A stretch of 64,000 nucleotides of DNA from SAR202 cluster bacterium AC-647-P02_OGT_505m (GCA_009391195.1 VEXB01000001.1:102232-166231); one strand, 5' to 3'; positions 27,818 to 37,419 are shown, counted from the stretch's first letter. Notes: a model not told the origin generated them from the letters alone. Numbers and translations are program-made.

Positions 27818-28975
27818 TCAATTGACCAACGAAATGAACACACCAGCTATAACAGCTGATCCAATAACCCCGGCAACATTGGGTCCCATAGCATGTGGGA
27901 GTAGAAAAGAATGGGGATTCTCCTCCTGGCCAATCTGGTGAGAAATTCGAGCTGCCATCGGCACTGCAGAAACACCTGCAGACCCAATGAGTGGATTTAT
28001 CTTTTCTTTCAGGAAAAGATTCATGAACCGAGCAAATAAAATACCTCCCACAGTTCCGCAGGAGAAAGCCAAAAGCCCCAGCCCCAAGATAACGAGAGTT
28101 TGAAAATCAAACACTCTTTCCGCGGTCAGCTGAGTCCCGACCGTAAGCATCAAGAATATAGTCGCAATATTCAGCACCTCATTTGAAGCTGCTTTAGTAA
28201 GCCTTGGAACAACACCGCTTTCCCTGAAAATATTTCCGATCATAAACATAGCTATCAAGGGAGCAGACTTGGGTACTAGCAATATAATAGCGATAAGAGC
28301 GACATGCGGAAAAACGAGTCTCTCTAGTTTTGAAACCTCCCTTGGAGGAGACATGACTATTTGACGTTCTTTTTTTGTCGTAAACAGTTTCATCAATGGA
28401 GGCTGTATAAATGCAACTGACGCCATGTATGAATATGCAATCACAGCGGTAACACCTAGAATCTCGGGAGCTAATCGAGCTGATAGAAATATTGTGGTAG
28501 GGCCATCTGCTCCACCTATAATTCCTATGGAAGCCGCTTCCTCTATACCAAATCCCATCCCAAGCGAACCCGCAAAGAGTGCTCCCCAAAAAGCGACAAA
28601 TATACCTACTTGGGCCGCAGCTCCTAGAAGCAAGGTTTTGGGATTGGCGATCACAGGCCCAAAGTCAGTTAGGGCTCCTATCCCAAGAAAAATTATTGGC
28701 GGTAATATATTCCAAAAAGAAAGACCATAGTAAAAAAATATTCCAAATATACCCGCTCCCTGGACATCGCTTTTATCCGAGGGAGAATCTACTAATCCTG
28801 TAAGGGGTAAATTAGCTGCTACTATTCCCAAACCTATAGGCAACAATTCGTAGGGTTCTAATTTCTTTCGAATTGCCAGTGCGATAAACCCCACACCTAT
28901 TAGAATCATGATCCCTTGGCGCCAGTCTAAATTAACTATGCCCGTAGTAGATATAAAATCAGAAAACTCTTGCAT
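27818..28975 (-). CDS. Na+-translocating decarboxylase beta subunit (OadB/MmdB/GcdB family)
   Basis: 385 aa and polytopic. The N-terminus WRQGIMILIGVGFIALAIRKKLEPYELLPIGLGIVAANLP and later GIIGGADGPTTIF are family hallmarks. Confidence 0.85.
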   Translation of the reverse strand: MQEFSDFISTTGIVNLDWRQGIMILIGVGFIALAIRKKLEPYELLPIGLGIVAANLPLTGLVDSPSDKSDVQGAGIFGIFFYYGLSFWNILPPIIFLGIGALTDFGPVIANPKTLLLGAAAQVGIFVAFWGALFAGSLGMGFGIEEAASIGIIGGADGPTTIFLSARLAPEILGVTAVIAYSYMASVAFIQPPLMKLFTTKKERQIVMSPPREVSKLERLVFPHVALIAIILLVPKSAPLIAMFMIGNIFRESGVVPRLTKAASNEVLNIATIFLMLTVGTQLTAERVFDFQTLVILGLGLLAFSCGTVGGILFARFMNLFLKEKINPLIGSAGVSAVPMAARISHQIGQEENPHSFLLPHAMGPNVAGVIGSAVIAGVFISLVN

Positions 28976-28992
28976 TTACTTTTGTCGTCTTA

Positions 28993-29196
28993 TCAATTTG
29001 CCGTGTTAGTACGGCGACCATTGGTCTTAGCATAAATAACAGAGGCACCCACAGCTGCAGCGATTGATTTGTTTTTGGATTCTAAAATTTTTTCCTTCTC
29101 AAGAATGACATTTTTTAAAAATATTTTTTCCACCAAAATTCTTACCACAACAATAGACCCAATAAGAACCAGGAGAAGGGAAAAGGCCGTTACCAT
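28993..29196 (-). CDS. Small single-pass membrane protein, possibly the decarboxylase gamma/delta anchor subunit (OadG-like)
   Basis: 67 aa with an N-terminal TM helix (MVTAFSLLLVLIGSIVVV) and a charged tail. It lies immediately upstream of the beta subunit. The call rests on position and architecture only. Confidence 0.4.
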   Translation of the reverse strand: MVTAFSLLLVLIGSIVVVRILVEKIFLKNVILEKEKILESKNKSIAAAVGASVIYAKTNGRRTNTAN

Positions 29197-29325
29197 ACCG
29201 ACAATGGTTAGATATAGCGCTTGAGTGAAAGTGGAAGAGTCGATTTGAATAATATTACCTGCAGTGGGATTATATATCCTAGAAAGTTTACACTATTAGC
29301 ATTTTCTCAAACCAATCTTATTGTC

Positions 29326-29934
29326 ATGACAAAAAGTACGAAAAAGTCCCCCAAACCGAATGAACCTGATAATAATCCCCAACAACCTAGGAGTCCATCA
29401 TTAGTTGAATACGGCTTAAGGGCAGCAACACTAGACTCGTCCATATACCCAGCATTCCGATCTAAGGCAGAGCTGGTTCTTCATTCTCTAGGCTCTGTTG
29501 CAGTGACAGGAGTATCCCTGTCAATTTGGGTTCAATATTCAGGAAGTAATCCGGTTCCTTCAGGAGGACTCCAAAGTATATATCCAGTTCTGGTTTCATT
29601 TAGCACCGTTATGGTAGGTTGGATGATGTGGGCGTTTGTTGCAAAAGCCATTTGCAACATGATGGGCAGCGAAATAGACTTCCGGTCCAGCATGAGGTCA
29701 ATTGGGATTGCATATAGCCCTGGAGTTTTTCTCGTCTTTGCCAGCATCCCTTTCATTGGATCTTATTTATTTCTTATTGTTTCAATCTGGCTTCTGGCGA
29801 CAATAACAAGGGCAATTTCTGCGGCGAACAACGTTAGCTTAATGAAAGCGATTATTCCGGGGTTTTTAGGCTGGTTAATGTCTTGGATACTCTTAATGGG
29901 ATGGATGGTTATATATCCATTTGCTCTGGTATAA
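29326..29934 (+). CDS. Yip1-domain-like integral membrane protein
   Basis: About 5 TM segments, with GIAYSPGVFLVFASIPFIGSYLFLIVSIWLLATITRAI. The ATG at 29326 (MTKSTKKSPK) is the likely start. The listed ORF begins at 29221. Confidence 0.5.
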   Translation: MTKSTKKSPKPNEPDNNPQQPRSPSLVEYGLRAATLDSSIYPAFRSKAELVLHSLGSVAVTGVSLSIWVQYSGSNPVPSGGLQSIYPVLVSFSTVMVGWMMWAFVAKAICNMMGSEIDFRSSMRSIGIAYSPGVFLVFASIPFIGSYLFLIVSIWLLATITRAISAANNVSLMKAIIPGFLGWLMSWILLMGWMVIYPFALV

Positions 29935-29938
29935 GATC

Positions 29939-30736
29939 CTAACCACAAGAGATATGTTCCTCAATTATGTGCCATCGCTTTGAGAGCAACGTTTTGGTAT
30001 TAGCAAATACAACTTCTTCAACTTCTTCCGAGCATTTTCCTTGTAACTGAGCAATCTTATCTATAATCGGTCTCAGATGCCTTGGTTCAGTCCAATTATC
30101 ACGATTCTTTTTAAAGGGCTGAGGTGAAGAATCTGTTTCTACGACGATGTTGTTAAGAGATAATTGACTTACAACATCAGCAAGGTGTTCAAGCCGAAAA
30201 ATAGGTCTGGCAATTGAAATATAAAATCCGAGATCAATAACTCGTTTTGCGTCATCTAAGGTTCCCTGAAAATAGTGCATCACGCCAGGAACCTCGTATG
30301 CCCTCTCTTCTAAGAGAACTCGAAAACAATCTTCGTGCGCCTCCCTGCTGTGAAATACAATTGGAAGATTAAGCTCTTTCGCAATAGAAATTTGCCTCCT
30401 AAAAGCGTCAAACTGCCAAGCTCGATCTGGAGATGTTTCTAAATAATCAAGTCCTATTTCACTCATCACAATCACTTTTTTATTACTTGAGGCCATGGAT
30501 TGTAATTGATCATAATCTTGAGAAGTAAGTGGTTTTTTTATATCCATTGGATGTACCCCAACTCCTGAGAAAAATCGTTCATGACGAGACGACAACTCTA
30601 TAGAAATTGATGACGTTTCAAGTGTAGTTCCAGCGTCAATAACAAACCCCACACCCACAGAATGTGCTCTGTGCAAGATATTATTTATTTCCTCTTCCGG
30701 ATAAGAATGAAGATGAACATGAGTATCGATAATCAT
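29939..30736 (-). CDS. TatD-family metal-dependent hydrolase
   Basis: 265 aa. The N-terminal MIIDTHVHL metal-binding motif, internal SEIGLDY, and HSR and H..D motifs are consistent with the TatD/YcfH family. Confidence 0.85.
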   Translation of the reverse strand: MIIDTHVHLHSYPEEEINNILHRAHSVGVGFVIDAGTTLETSSISIELSSRHERFFSGVGVHPMDIKKPLTSQDYDQLQSMASSNKKVIVMSEIGLDYLETSPDRAWQFDAFRRQISIAKELNLPIVFHSREAHEDCFRVLLEERAYEVPGVMHYFQGTLDDAKRVIDLGFYISIARPIFRLEHLADVVSQLSLNNIVVETDSSPQPFKKNRDNWTEPRHLRPIIDKIAQLQGKCSEEVEEVVFANTKTLLSKRWHIIEEHISCG

Positions 30737-30847
30737 TTTATTCTGATTGATTGAAAATATCTTTTCTCAACGTTATAGACTCCATTCCAGATTATACTTA
30801 ACTCTAACGACCGTTTTAGAAAATGCAGTATATGCCAGGTTGCGACT

Positions 30848-32641
30848 TTGCTTTATTTATCACACAACAAGAAATGGATACCTAATATTCTATTTGCTGT
30901 CACATTTTTGGCTTTGTCGTGTACCACAACACCAGAACACAAATCTTCGATTAGCACCGCCACCCCAATAAGTTTCTCTAGTCCGACTACACCAATAACT
31001 ATCTCTAGCACGATGGCAGCAAATTTAAGTCCCACACCAGAACCAAGAATAACACCAACGCAAACATTTATAGAAATACAACCTGCGGTTGTTCCGACAA
31101 GTACTCCCATATTTGACTCCCCAACTAAAACAGCAACGGTGGACACATATATTTCAACTCCTATCCTGAAACAAATTGGAAATTATGGTGGGTCTTTAAC
31201 AGTTCCTACTGAAGTGTGGTTCGAAAACCTGGATCCCCACATGGAATCATCAGATGGATATGCAGCATGGGGACCTGGGATTGCTTATAGCAGGCTTATG
31301 AAATTTAAGACTGAGAAAAATATGTCTTTACCATCTCTTGCGACAGAATGTGATTTATGCTCTGAGTGGAAGATGACTTCACCTAACGAATTTCTGTTCC
31401 AGATTCGAGAAGATATCAGTTGGAATTCCTCTGATGGACAAGAATTCCATCGGGTAACTGCAAAAGACATTGAATACAGTTTGCAAAGACAGGGTCATGA
31501 GAACTCCCCTAACTCACATATCATCCACATGATCCATGAGATTGAAGCTATCTCTGACGATGAACTCCGAATCCAATTAGTCTGGCCAGACTCAGACTTT
31601 TTTGCCGCATTAGCGAACGGCAAAACAAAAATAGTTCCTGAATATACTATTAATTTATCCCAAACAAACCTAACCTCATATGAACCTGTCACTTCTGGGG
31701 CATGGAGTCTCAGCAACTATGATCCAATGGGAGTAGTTAGGATGAGCTCAAGGTCAGGAATAGAAGAGCCTCCATACCTAGATTCTATTCAGTTTAATTT
31801 TGTCCCAGATTCAGACGCCCGTTTAGCTGGATATAGAGTTAACCTGCTTGACCTAATTAACTTGAGTACAACAAACACTAATTCGAAAAATTTACAGGCT
31901 CGCTTACAAAATCCGGTTCCAGGCTCTGGATTGGAAATAGCTTTTAATACTACTCATCCACCATTGGATTCAAAAGATACTAGACGGCGTATCATGGCTT
32001 CAATAGATCCAAGTTCAATAATAAATGAGGCCTGGAACGGAGAAGGGTTTTTTTCATTTGGTTTTCCCTGGGCAACCCCAGCATGGTCTCCTAATCCTGA
32101 ATTGTGGCAACAATATTTCTTAGATCCTGCGGTATCAACCTCAAAAATTGAGGACCAAAACCTTTCACTTACCATAACGGTAGGCGATTTCAATAGCAGG
32201 TACAAAACCTCTGTAGAATTGATATCTGAACAGATAACAAAATCCGGCTTAAATCCTACAATCAATTATGTAAATCGAAGAACTTATGCCAACCTCTGGC
32301 AAACAGGCGACTTTGAGGTATTGGCCGGCCCCACTTTCCCGCAATCAACTCCCAATGGATACTTATTACCGGTTTTACATAGTAACGGACAGTGGAACAC
32401 TACCAAACACAAGGACGCCGTTTTAGACTCACTCCTAGAAAAGCAAGCAACTGAATACGATATAGCGACCAGAACAGAAATTATTCAAATTATAAACAAT
32501 CATCTACTAGAACATGCTTATAGATTTATGCCAATTACGAATATCGAGAGATGGACCTGGCCGGACAGAGTAATAAATTTTTACCCAAACTTTTCTTCCA
32601 GTGAATACTCCCATTGGGGACAGGTGTGGCAAGAACCTTAG
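30848..32641 (+). CDS. ABC transporter substrate-binding lipoprotein, family 5 (peptide/nickel-type), with no adjacent permease genes
   Basis: 597 aa. Lipobox FLALSC, then a linker of about 100 aa rich in Thr/Pro/Ser, then a family-5-like body (AYSRLMKF, WKMTSPNEFLFQIREDISW). TTG start. Confidence 0.7.
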   Translation: MLYLSHNKKWIPNILFAVTFLALSCTTTPEHKSSISTATPISFSSPTTPITISSTMAANLSPTPEPRITPTQTFIEIQPAVVPTSTPIFDSPTKTATVDTYISTPILKQIGNYGGSLTVPTEVWFENLDPHMESSDGYAAWGPGIAYSRLMKFKTEKNMSLPSLATECDLCSEWKMTSPNEFLFQIREDISWNSSDGQEFHRVTAKDIEYSLQRQGHENSPNSHIIHMIHEIEAISDDELRIQLVWPDSDFFAALANGKTKIVPEYTINLSQTNLTSYEPVTSGAWSLSNYDPMGVVRMSSRSGIEEPPYLDSIQFNFVPDSDARLAGYRVNLLDLINLSTTNTNSKNLQARLQNPVPGSGLEIAFNTTHPPLDSKDTRRRIMASIDPSSIINEAWNGEGFFSFGFPWATPAWSPNPELWQQYFLDPAVSTSKIEDQNLSLTITVGDFNSRYKTSVELISEQITKSGLNPTINYVNRRTYANLWQTGDFEVLAGPTFPQSTPNGYLLPVLHSNGQWNTTKHKDAVLDSLLEKQATEYDIATRTEIIQIINNHLLEHAYRFMPITNIERWTWPDRVINFYPNFSSSEYSHWGQVWQEP

Positions 32642-33099
32642 GCAAGGGTAGAAATACCGCTATCAAGGGCTGACCAAACTAATAGAGCGCATTTAACCCT
32701 AACTGGAAACTCTCTAACCTTGTACAACGCTGATAATTCACCAAGGTTTATGGCTTCCTTGTCCGCAACAACAACGTCCTTCGGTAAAGAGGCTTCCATA
32801 ATTCTGGAAAACTTTTTCGACAGATCAAGCACATCAGTCAGTGTAAGGCCATTAAGAGCTTCTGAAACAATTGATCCAGCGGCCTGATTTATTGCACAAC
32901 CCTCCCCCTGGAACCCTACTTCCCTGACCCTATCACTATCATCGAGGTTAATTTGAAAACGAATCTCGTCACCACAAAATGGATTTATAGCCTCACAAGA
33001 TACATCGGGTAAATCAAGTACAGCAGAATTCCTTGGATTACGACAATGATCTAAAATCACCTTGTCTCGATATAAATCGTTGAGACTACCTAACGCCAT
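32638..33099 (-). CDS. SufU/IscU-like NifU-family Fe-S scaffold/sulfur-transfer protein, paralog 2
   Basis: 153 aa with the three conserved Cys contexts NPFCGDE, GEGCAINQAAGS and VKCALLVW. It overlaps the sufS stop by 14 nt. Confidence 0.75.
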   Translation of the reverse strand: MALGSLNDLYRDKVILDHCRNPRNSAVLDLPDVSCEAINPFCGDEIRFQINLDDSDRVREVGFQGEGCAINQAAGSIVSEALNGLTLTDVLDLSKKFSRIMEASLPKDVVVADKEAINLGELSALYKVREFPVRVKCALLVWSALDSGISTLA

Positions 33100-34327
33100 C
33101 CCGGAAATACCTCATCGCCTCAAGAATTCCTTCAATCAGAACATCGACTTCTTTTTTTGTGTTATACACATAAAAACTAGCCCTAGAAGTTGCTGCAACT
33201 CCAAGACTTCTGACGAGAGGCATCGCACAGTGATGACCTGTCCTCACAGCAATACCCATCTGGTCAAGTAACGTGCCTAGGTCATGAGGATGTATATCTG
33301 GAGTATCAAAAGAAATTATGCCACCTCGTTGATCTGGGTTTCTAGGCCCGAACAACTTACCTCCTTCCTCCTCAACATCAATGAATTTATTTAATGCATA
33401 TCCTGTCAGGTCTCGCTCATATTCATCAATATTCGCCATACCAATATCTTCCAAATAGTCAACTGCTACACCCAAAGCTATAGCGTCCGCTATATTAGGA
33501 GTTCCAGCTTCAAATTTCATAGGCAAATCAGCCCATGAGGCTTTCTCATAAGAAACCTCTAACACCATTTCTCCGCCTGTTAGGAAAGGCTTCATGCCTT
33601 CCAAAACATCCTTTTTCGCGTAGAGACACCCAATACCTGTGGGACCCATCATCTTATGTCCGGAAAATGCCATGAAGTCACAATCAATCTCTTTAACATC
33701 TACAACCATATGAGGCACGCTTTGAGCACCATCAACTAGGAACTTGGCCCCTCTGGCATGTGCCAAGTCACATAATTTTTTAATAGGGTTTACCGTACCT
33801 AGAGCGTTAGACATATGTACCACGGAGACTAGAGCAGTCCGGTCATCAATTATAGAATCAATGTCTGATAGATCTAGCACACCTTCATTATCTAATGGTA
33901 TGTACCTAATCGCAGCGTTCTTCTCCCTAGTTAATTCTTGCCAAGGAACAAGATTGCTATGATGTTCCATAGGCGTCAGAACGATATTCTCACCACTTTC
34001 CACATTTTCTCTGGCCCATGAATAAGCCACCAAATTTAAACTCTCTGATGCGTTGCGAGTCCAAATGACTGTGTCGGGATCACCAGCATTGATAAACTTG
34101 GCGACTTTCTTTCTAGCATCCTCGTACATATCAGTAGCTTCCATACTAAGAGTATGGACACCCCTATGCACGTTGGCATTAAAGTTTTCATAGTAATCGA
34201 CCAGAGCTTGAATCACCTGCCGGGGTTTCTGGGTAGTTGCAGCATTGTCCATATAGACTAGCGGGTGTCCGTTGACTTCCCGACCTAAAATTGGAAAGTC
34301 ATTCCTTATTTTTTGTACGTCCAACAT
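33086..34327 (-). CDS. sufS: Cysteine desulfurase, SufS type (group II)
   Basis: 413 aa. It has the PLP-Lys context FSGHKMMGPTGIG and the active-site Cys loop RTGHHCAMPL. Confidence 0.9.
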   Translation of the reverse strand: MLDVQKIRNDFPILGREVNGHPLVYMDNAATTQKPRQVIQALVDYYENFNANVHRGVHTLSMEATDMYEDARKKVAKFINAGDPDTVIWTRNASESLNLVAYSWARENVESGENIVLTPMEHHSNLVPWQELTREKNAAIRYIPLDNEGVLDLSDIDSIIDDRTALVSVVHMSNALGTVNPIKKLCDLAHARGAKFLVDGAQSVPHMVVDVKEIDCDFMAFSGHKMMGPTGIGCLYAKKDVLEGMKPFLTGGEMVLEVSYEKASWADLPMKFEAGTPNIADAIALGVAVDYLEDIGMANIDEYERDLTGYALNKFIDVEEEGGKLFGPRNPDQRGGIISFDTPDIHPHDLGTLLDQMGIAVRTGHHCAMPLVRSLGVAATSRASFYVYNTKKEVDVLIEGILEAMRYFRDGVR

Positions 34328-34371
34328 ATTTAGCTACATAGACTCCGTATTCTTTTTACAATTAGTAAAAA

Positions 34372-34830
34372 CTATATGCTCAGAGTTATCTCACTCTTGA
34401 ACAAATTCAAATCCTTCTTTGCCTTCGTCTTTTCTACGAGCTGATCGATCGTAATTGAATCAAGAATTCCAAAAACTGCGTCTTCTACGCTTCTCCATAC
34501 ATCTCTTTGTGCGCAGTCAGAGCAATGAACACAGAAGCTGGTGTTATCCAAACATTCGACAAGGTTTTCAGAACTATCTAGGCAATCGACTACTTTGCTA
34601 AGGCGAATTTGATCAGCAGGCATAGCCAAAGAATGTCCACCCCCAGGTCCTCTTGTGCTATTAACTAGTCCAGACTTCCGCATAGTGTGAAAAACCTGAG
34701 CTAAATAAGGTTGTGGAATAACAGCACGCCTAGAAGTATCTGCGGCCCGAACAGAATGTCCATCCTCTCCATACATCGCCAAATCAATAAGAGCTCTGAC
34801 GCCATAATCTACTTTGATGGGCACATGCAT
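34372..34830 (-). CDS. Rrf2-family transcriptional regulator with a Cys cluster
   Basis: 152 aa. The N-terminal wHTH (DYGVRALIDLA...IPQPYLAQVFHTMRKSGLVNSTRGPGGGHSLA) is followed by the C-terminal Cys cluster DCLDSSENLVECLDNTSFCVHCSDC. Confidence 0.8.
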   Translation of the reverse strand: MHVPIKVDYGVRALIDLAMYGEDGHSVRAADTSRRAVIPQPYLAQVFHTMRKSGLVNSTRGPGGGHSLAMPADQIRLSKVVDCLDSSENLVECLDNTSFCVHCSDCAQRDVWRSVEDAVFGILDSITIDQLVEKTKAKKDLNLFKSEITLSI

Positions 34831-34877
34831 GGGATACCTCCTTTCATTTAGCTGTTAATTGACATTCTTGGCAACTG

Positions 34878-35330
34878 TCACTCCGTACTAATATCCCTCT
34901 CCGTGCCTTGAAGCGCAGCCTGAAGAGTGTGCCACGACAACGTGGCACACTTTATTCTCGTGGGATATTGGGCTACTCCCTTGAGTATTTCCAAATCTCC
35001 CAGTATTTCAGAATCTTTAGAACCATCACTCTTGGCGGTAATCATTTCCCTGAACGCTTCAAAAACTGTGAGTGCTTCCTCAACTGATTTACCTTTTACC
35101 CCTTCAGTCATCATAGAAGCAGAAGATTTCGAAATAGCACAGCCAACTCCCTCAAACGAAATATCCTCGACAATATCCTCCGAAACCTTTAGAAATAATG
35201 TGATCTGGTCGCCACATAGTGGGTTGAATCCCTCAGACGTTGCGGTTGAGTCAGTCATAGAACCAAAATTTCTCGGCCTCCGATTATGATCCATGACAAT
35301 TTCTTGGTAGAGCTCTTGAGAGTCAAACAC
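34878..35330 (-). CDS. sufU: SufU (NifU-family sulfur-transfer/scaffold protein), paralog 1
   Basis: 150 aa with NPLCGDQ, GVGCAISKSSASMM and RIKCATLSWH. It lies directly downstream of sufD. Confidence 0.8.
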   Translation of the reverse strand: MFDSQELYQEIVMDHNRRPRNFGSMTDSTATSEGFNPLCGDQITLFLKVSEDIVEDISFEGVGCAISKSSASMMTEGVKGKSVEEALTVFEAFREMITAKSDGSKDSEILGDLEILKGVAQYPTRIKCATLSWHTLQAALQGTERDISTE

Positions 35331-35332
35331 AG

Positions 35333-36640
35333 CTAAAACTCAAACTTATAACTTGGTAAGGATGTCAGAAAAGCTTCTTCCAAAAAATCTCTCAATTCAG
35401 GTATTTCTACTTTATCTATGACCTCTCCAGCAAAGCCATAAATTAGGAGCCTACTAGCCGTCTCTAAATCTATTCCCCTACTTCGCATGTAGAACAGGGT
35501 GTCGGCATCCACATTCCCGGCTGTTGCACCATGAGCACACTTAACGTCATCAGCATAAATAAACAACGCGGGTTTACTATCAACCTCAGCATCGGCAGAC
35601 AAAATCAAATTTTTGTCTGACTGCACCGAGTCGGTTTTTTGAGCTGGTTTCCTAACAAGAACTGTGCCACCAAACACTGCTCTTGATTTTCCATCCAAAA
35701 TCCCCTTATAAAACAGATTGCTTGTTCCGTAGGGTTTGGCGTGGTCGATGTTAATAAAATTATCCATGTGTTGATCGCCACTGGTGAAATATAAGCCCTG
35801 AAGATCGCACGAAGCATATTCTCCATCGATCAAAACATTAAGATCATAGCGACCAATATTCGCTCCTTTGAAAAAAGAACGAGAGTTAAAAACACTATTA
35901 TCAGACAACTTGACCCTGCCATAACCGACATCATAGGTATGTTCAGATTCTGACAGAAACCTGTAATGGTTAACCACGGCATCTTCTTCAACAAGTATCT
36001 CTGAAACAGAATTTGTGAGGCTATAATCTCCGCCTCCCCCAACATAATTTTCGATAACTGATACTGAGCTGCCTCGACCAGCTTTTACAAAAATTCGGGG
36101 ATGTGCCACCGTGCTTGGACTTCCATCGGAAAAGAAAACAACGTTTATAGGGAATTCGACAGTTTTACCTTTTCCAACTTTCAATACTATCCCGTCTTGG
36201 AGGAAAGAAGTATTTAGAGCAGCGAATCCATCGTCGCTTATATCGGTTAGAGAACCAAGGTTCTCAACGGGAATTCTTTCCTCGATCAACTCAGCCAAAT
36301 TGGTTAATTCAAATTCATCTGACTGATCAGATAAATCTTTCCTATAAAAACCGTTTACGAAAACAACATTCGTCCAACTATCGCTCCAAGGAGCTACAGA
36401 TTTAATAACATCAATCGAGGTATTGCTGGAGCTTGAAAGTGCAAAAGGAATCCTAGCGATGGGAGCTACGTTGGTGTACTTCCATTTCTCATTTCCCTTC
36501 CTTGTTGTCGGAAGGCCTATACCTGCAAAGGTTTCCATCGCATGACTGCGAATCGGGGAAACCCAATTATTGTCGTTTAAGGCTTGTAATTGTTTAAAAT
36601 CCGAGGCGTAATGATCCACTTCAGAAGCGTTAGTTACCAT
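35333..36640 (-). CDS. sufD: Fe-S cluster assembly protein SufD
   Basis: 435 aa with a beta-helix core and C-terminal KPALFIYADDVKCAHGATAGNVD...LFYMRSRGI. Its start overlaps the sufC stop (TAATG). Confidence 0.85.
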   Translation of the reverse strand: MVTNASEVDHYASDFKQLQALNDNNWVSPIRSHAMETFAGIGLPTTRKGNEKWKYTNVAPIARIPFALSSSSNTSIDVIKSVAPWSDSWTNVVFVNGFYRKDLSDQSDEFELTNLAELIEERIPVENLGSLTDISDDGFAALNTSFLQDGIVLKVGKGKTVEFPINVVFFSDGSPSTVAHPRIFVKAGRGSSVSVIENYVGGGGDYSLTNSVSEILVEEDAVVNHYRFLSESEHTYDVGYGRVKLSDNSVFNSRSFFKGANIGRYDLNVLIDGEYASCDLQGLYFTSGDQHMDNFINIDHAKPYGTSNLFYKGILDGKSRAVFGGTVLVRKPAQKTDSVQSDKNLILSADAEVDSKPALFIYADDVKCAHGATAGNVDADTLFYMRSRGIDLETASRLLIYGFAGEVIDKVEIPELRDFLEEAFLTSLPSYKFEF

Positions 36641-37419
36641 TACGTCTGAACCTCTGTTCCAGTAGATTCTCTAATCCATTCGTAACCTTTTTGCTCAAGT
36701 TCCAGTGCAAGCTCAGCACCTCCAGATTTGACTATTTTGCCATCTACCAAAACATGAACATAGTCTGGTGATATATAGTCTAAGATCCTCTGATAATGAG
36801 TCACAAGTAGAACAGACTTTTGGGGACCCTTAAAGTTGTTAACACCTTCTGAAACAATCCGCAAAGCGTCTATGTCAAGTCCAGAGTCGGTTTCATCCAG
36901 TAACGCCAGTTTAGGATCTAGTAAAGCTAGTTGTAGGATTTCGTTCCTCTTCTTCTCACCCCCAGAAAACCCTTCATTTACTGATCTTTTGACCAGATCG
37001 GGATCCATCTCAACAAGTTGACGTTTTTCCTCTAAAAGCTTATCGAAGTCCCTAACACCCATCTCCTCATCCCCATTTTCCTTCCGGATAGCATCTACTG
37101 CTGCCTTCAAAAACTGCCAAGTACGAACACCGGGAAGTTCCACTGGATATTGAAAGGCTAAAAATATTCCTGCCCTGGCCCTGATTTCAGGTTCCTTTGC
37201 AAGAATATTATCCCCTTCATAAATTATTTCTCCTTCCGTCACAGAGTATCCTGGTCTGCCAGCAATAACATTGGCCAGAGTGCTCTTCCCTGAACCATTT
37301 GGACCCATAATTGCGTGCACCTCACCCACTCCCACTTCCAAATTAATTCCTTTAAGAATTTCAATGTCTTCAACAGAGGCATGCAAATTTTTTATTTCAA
37401 TAAGATTATGTTTGCTCAT
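36640..37419 (-). CDS. sufC: Fe-S cluster assembly ATPase SufC
   Basis: 259 aa with Walker A GPNGSGKST, the signature FSGGEKKR and Walker B ALLDETDSGLD. Confidence 0.92.
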   Translation of the reverse strand: MSKHNLIEIKNLHASVEDIEILKGINLEVGVGEVHAIMGPNGSGKSTLANVIAGRPGYSVTEGEIIYEGDNILAKEPEIRARAGIFLAFQYPVELPGVRTWQFLKAAVDAIRKENGDEEMGVRDFDKLLEEKRQLVEMDPDLVKRSVNEGFSGGEKKRNEILQLALLDPKLALLDETDSGLDIDALRIVSEGVNNFKGPQKSVLLVTHYQRILDYISPDYVHVLVDGKIVKSGGAELALELEQKGYEWIRESTGTEVQT

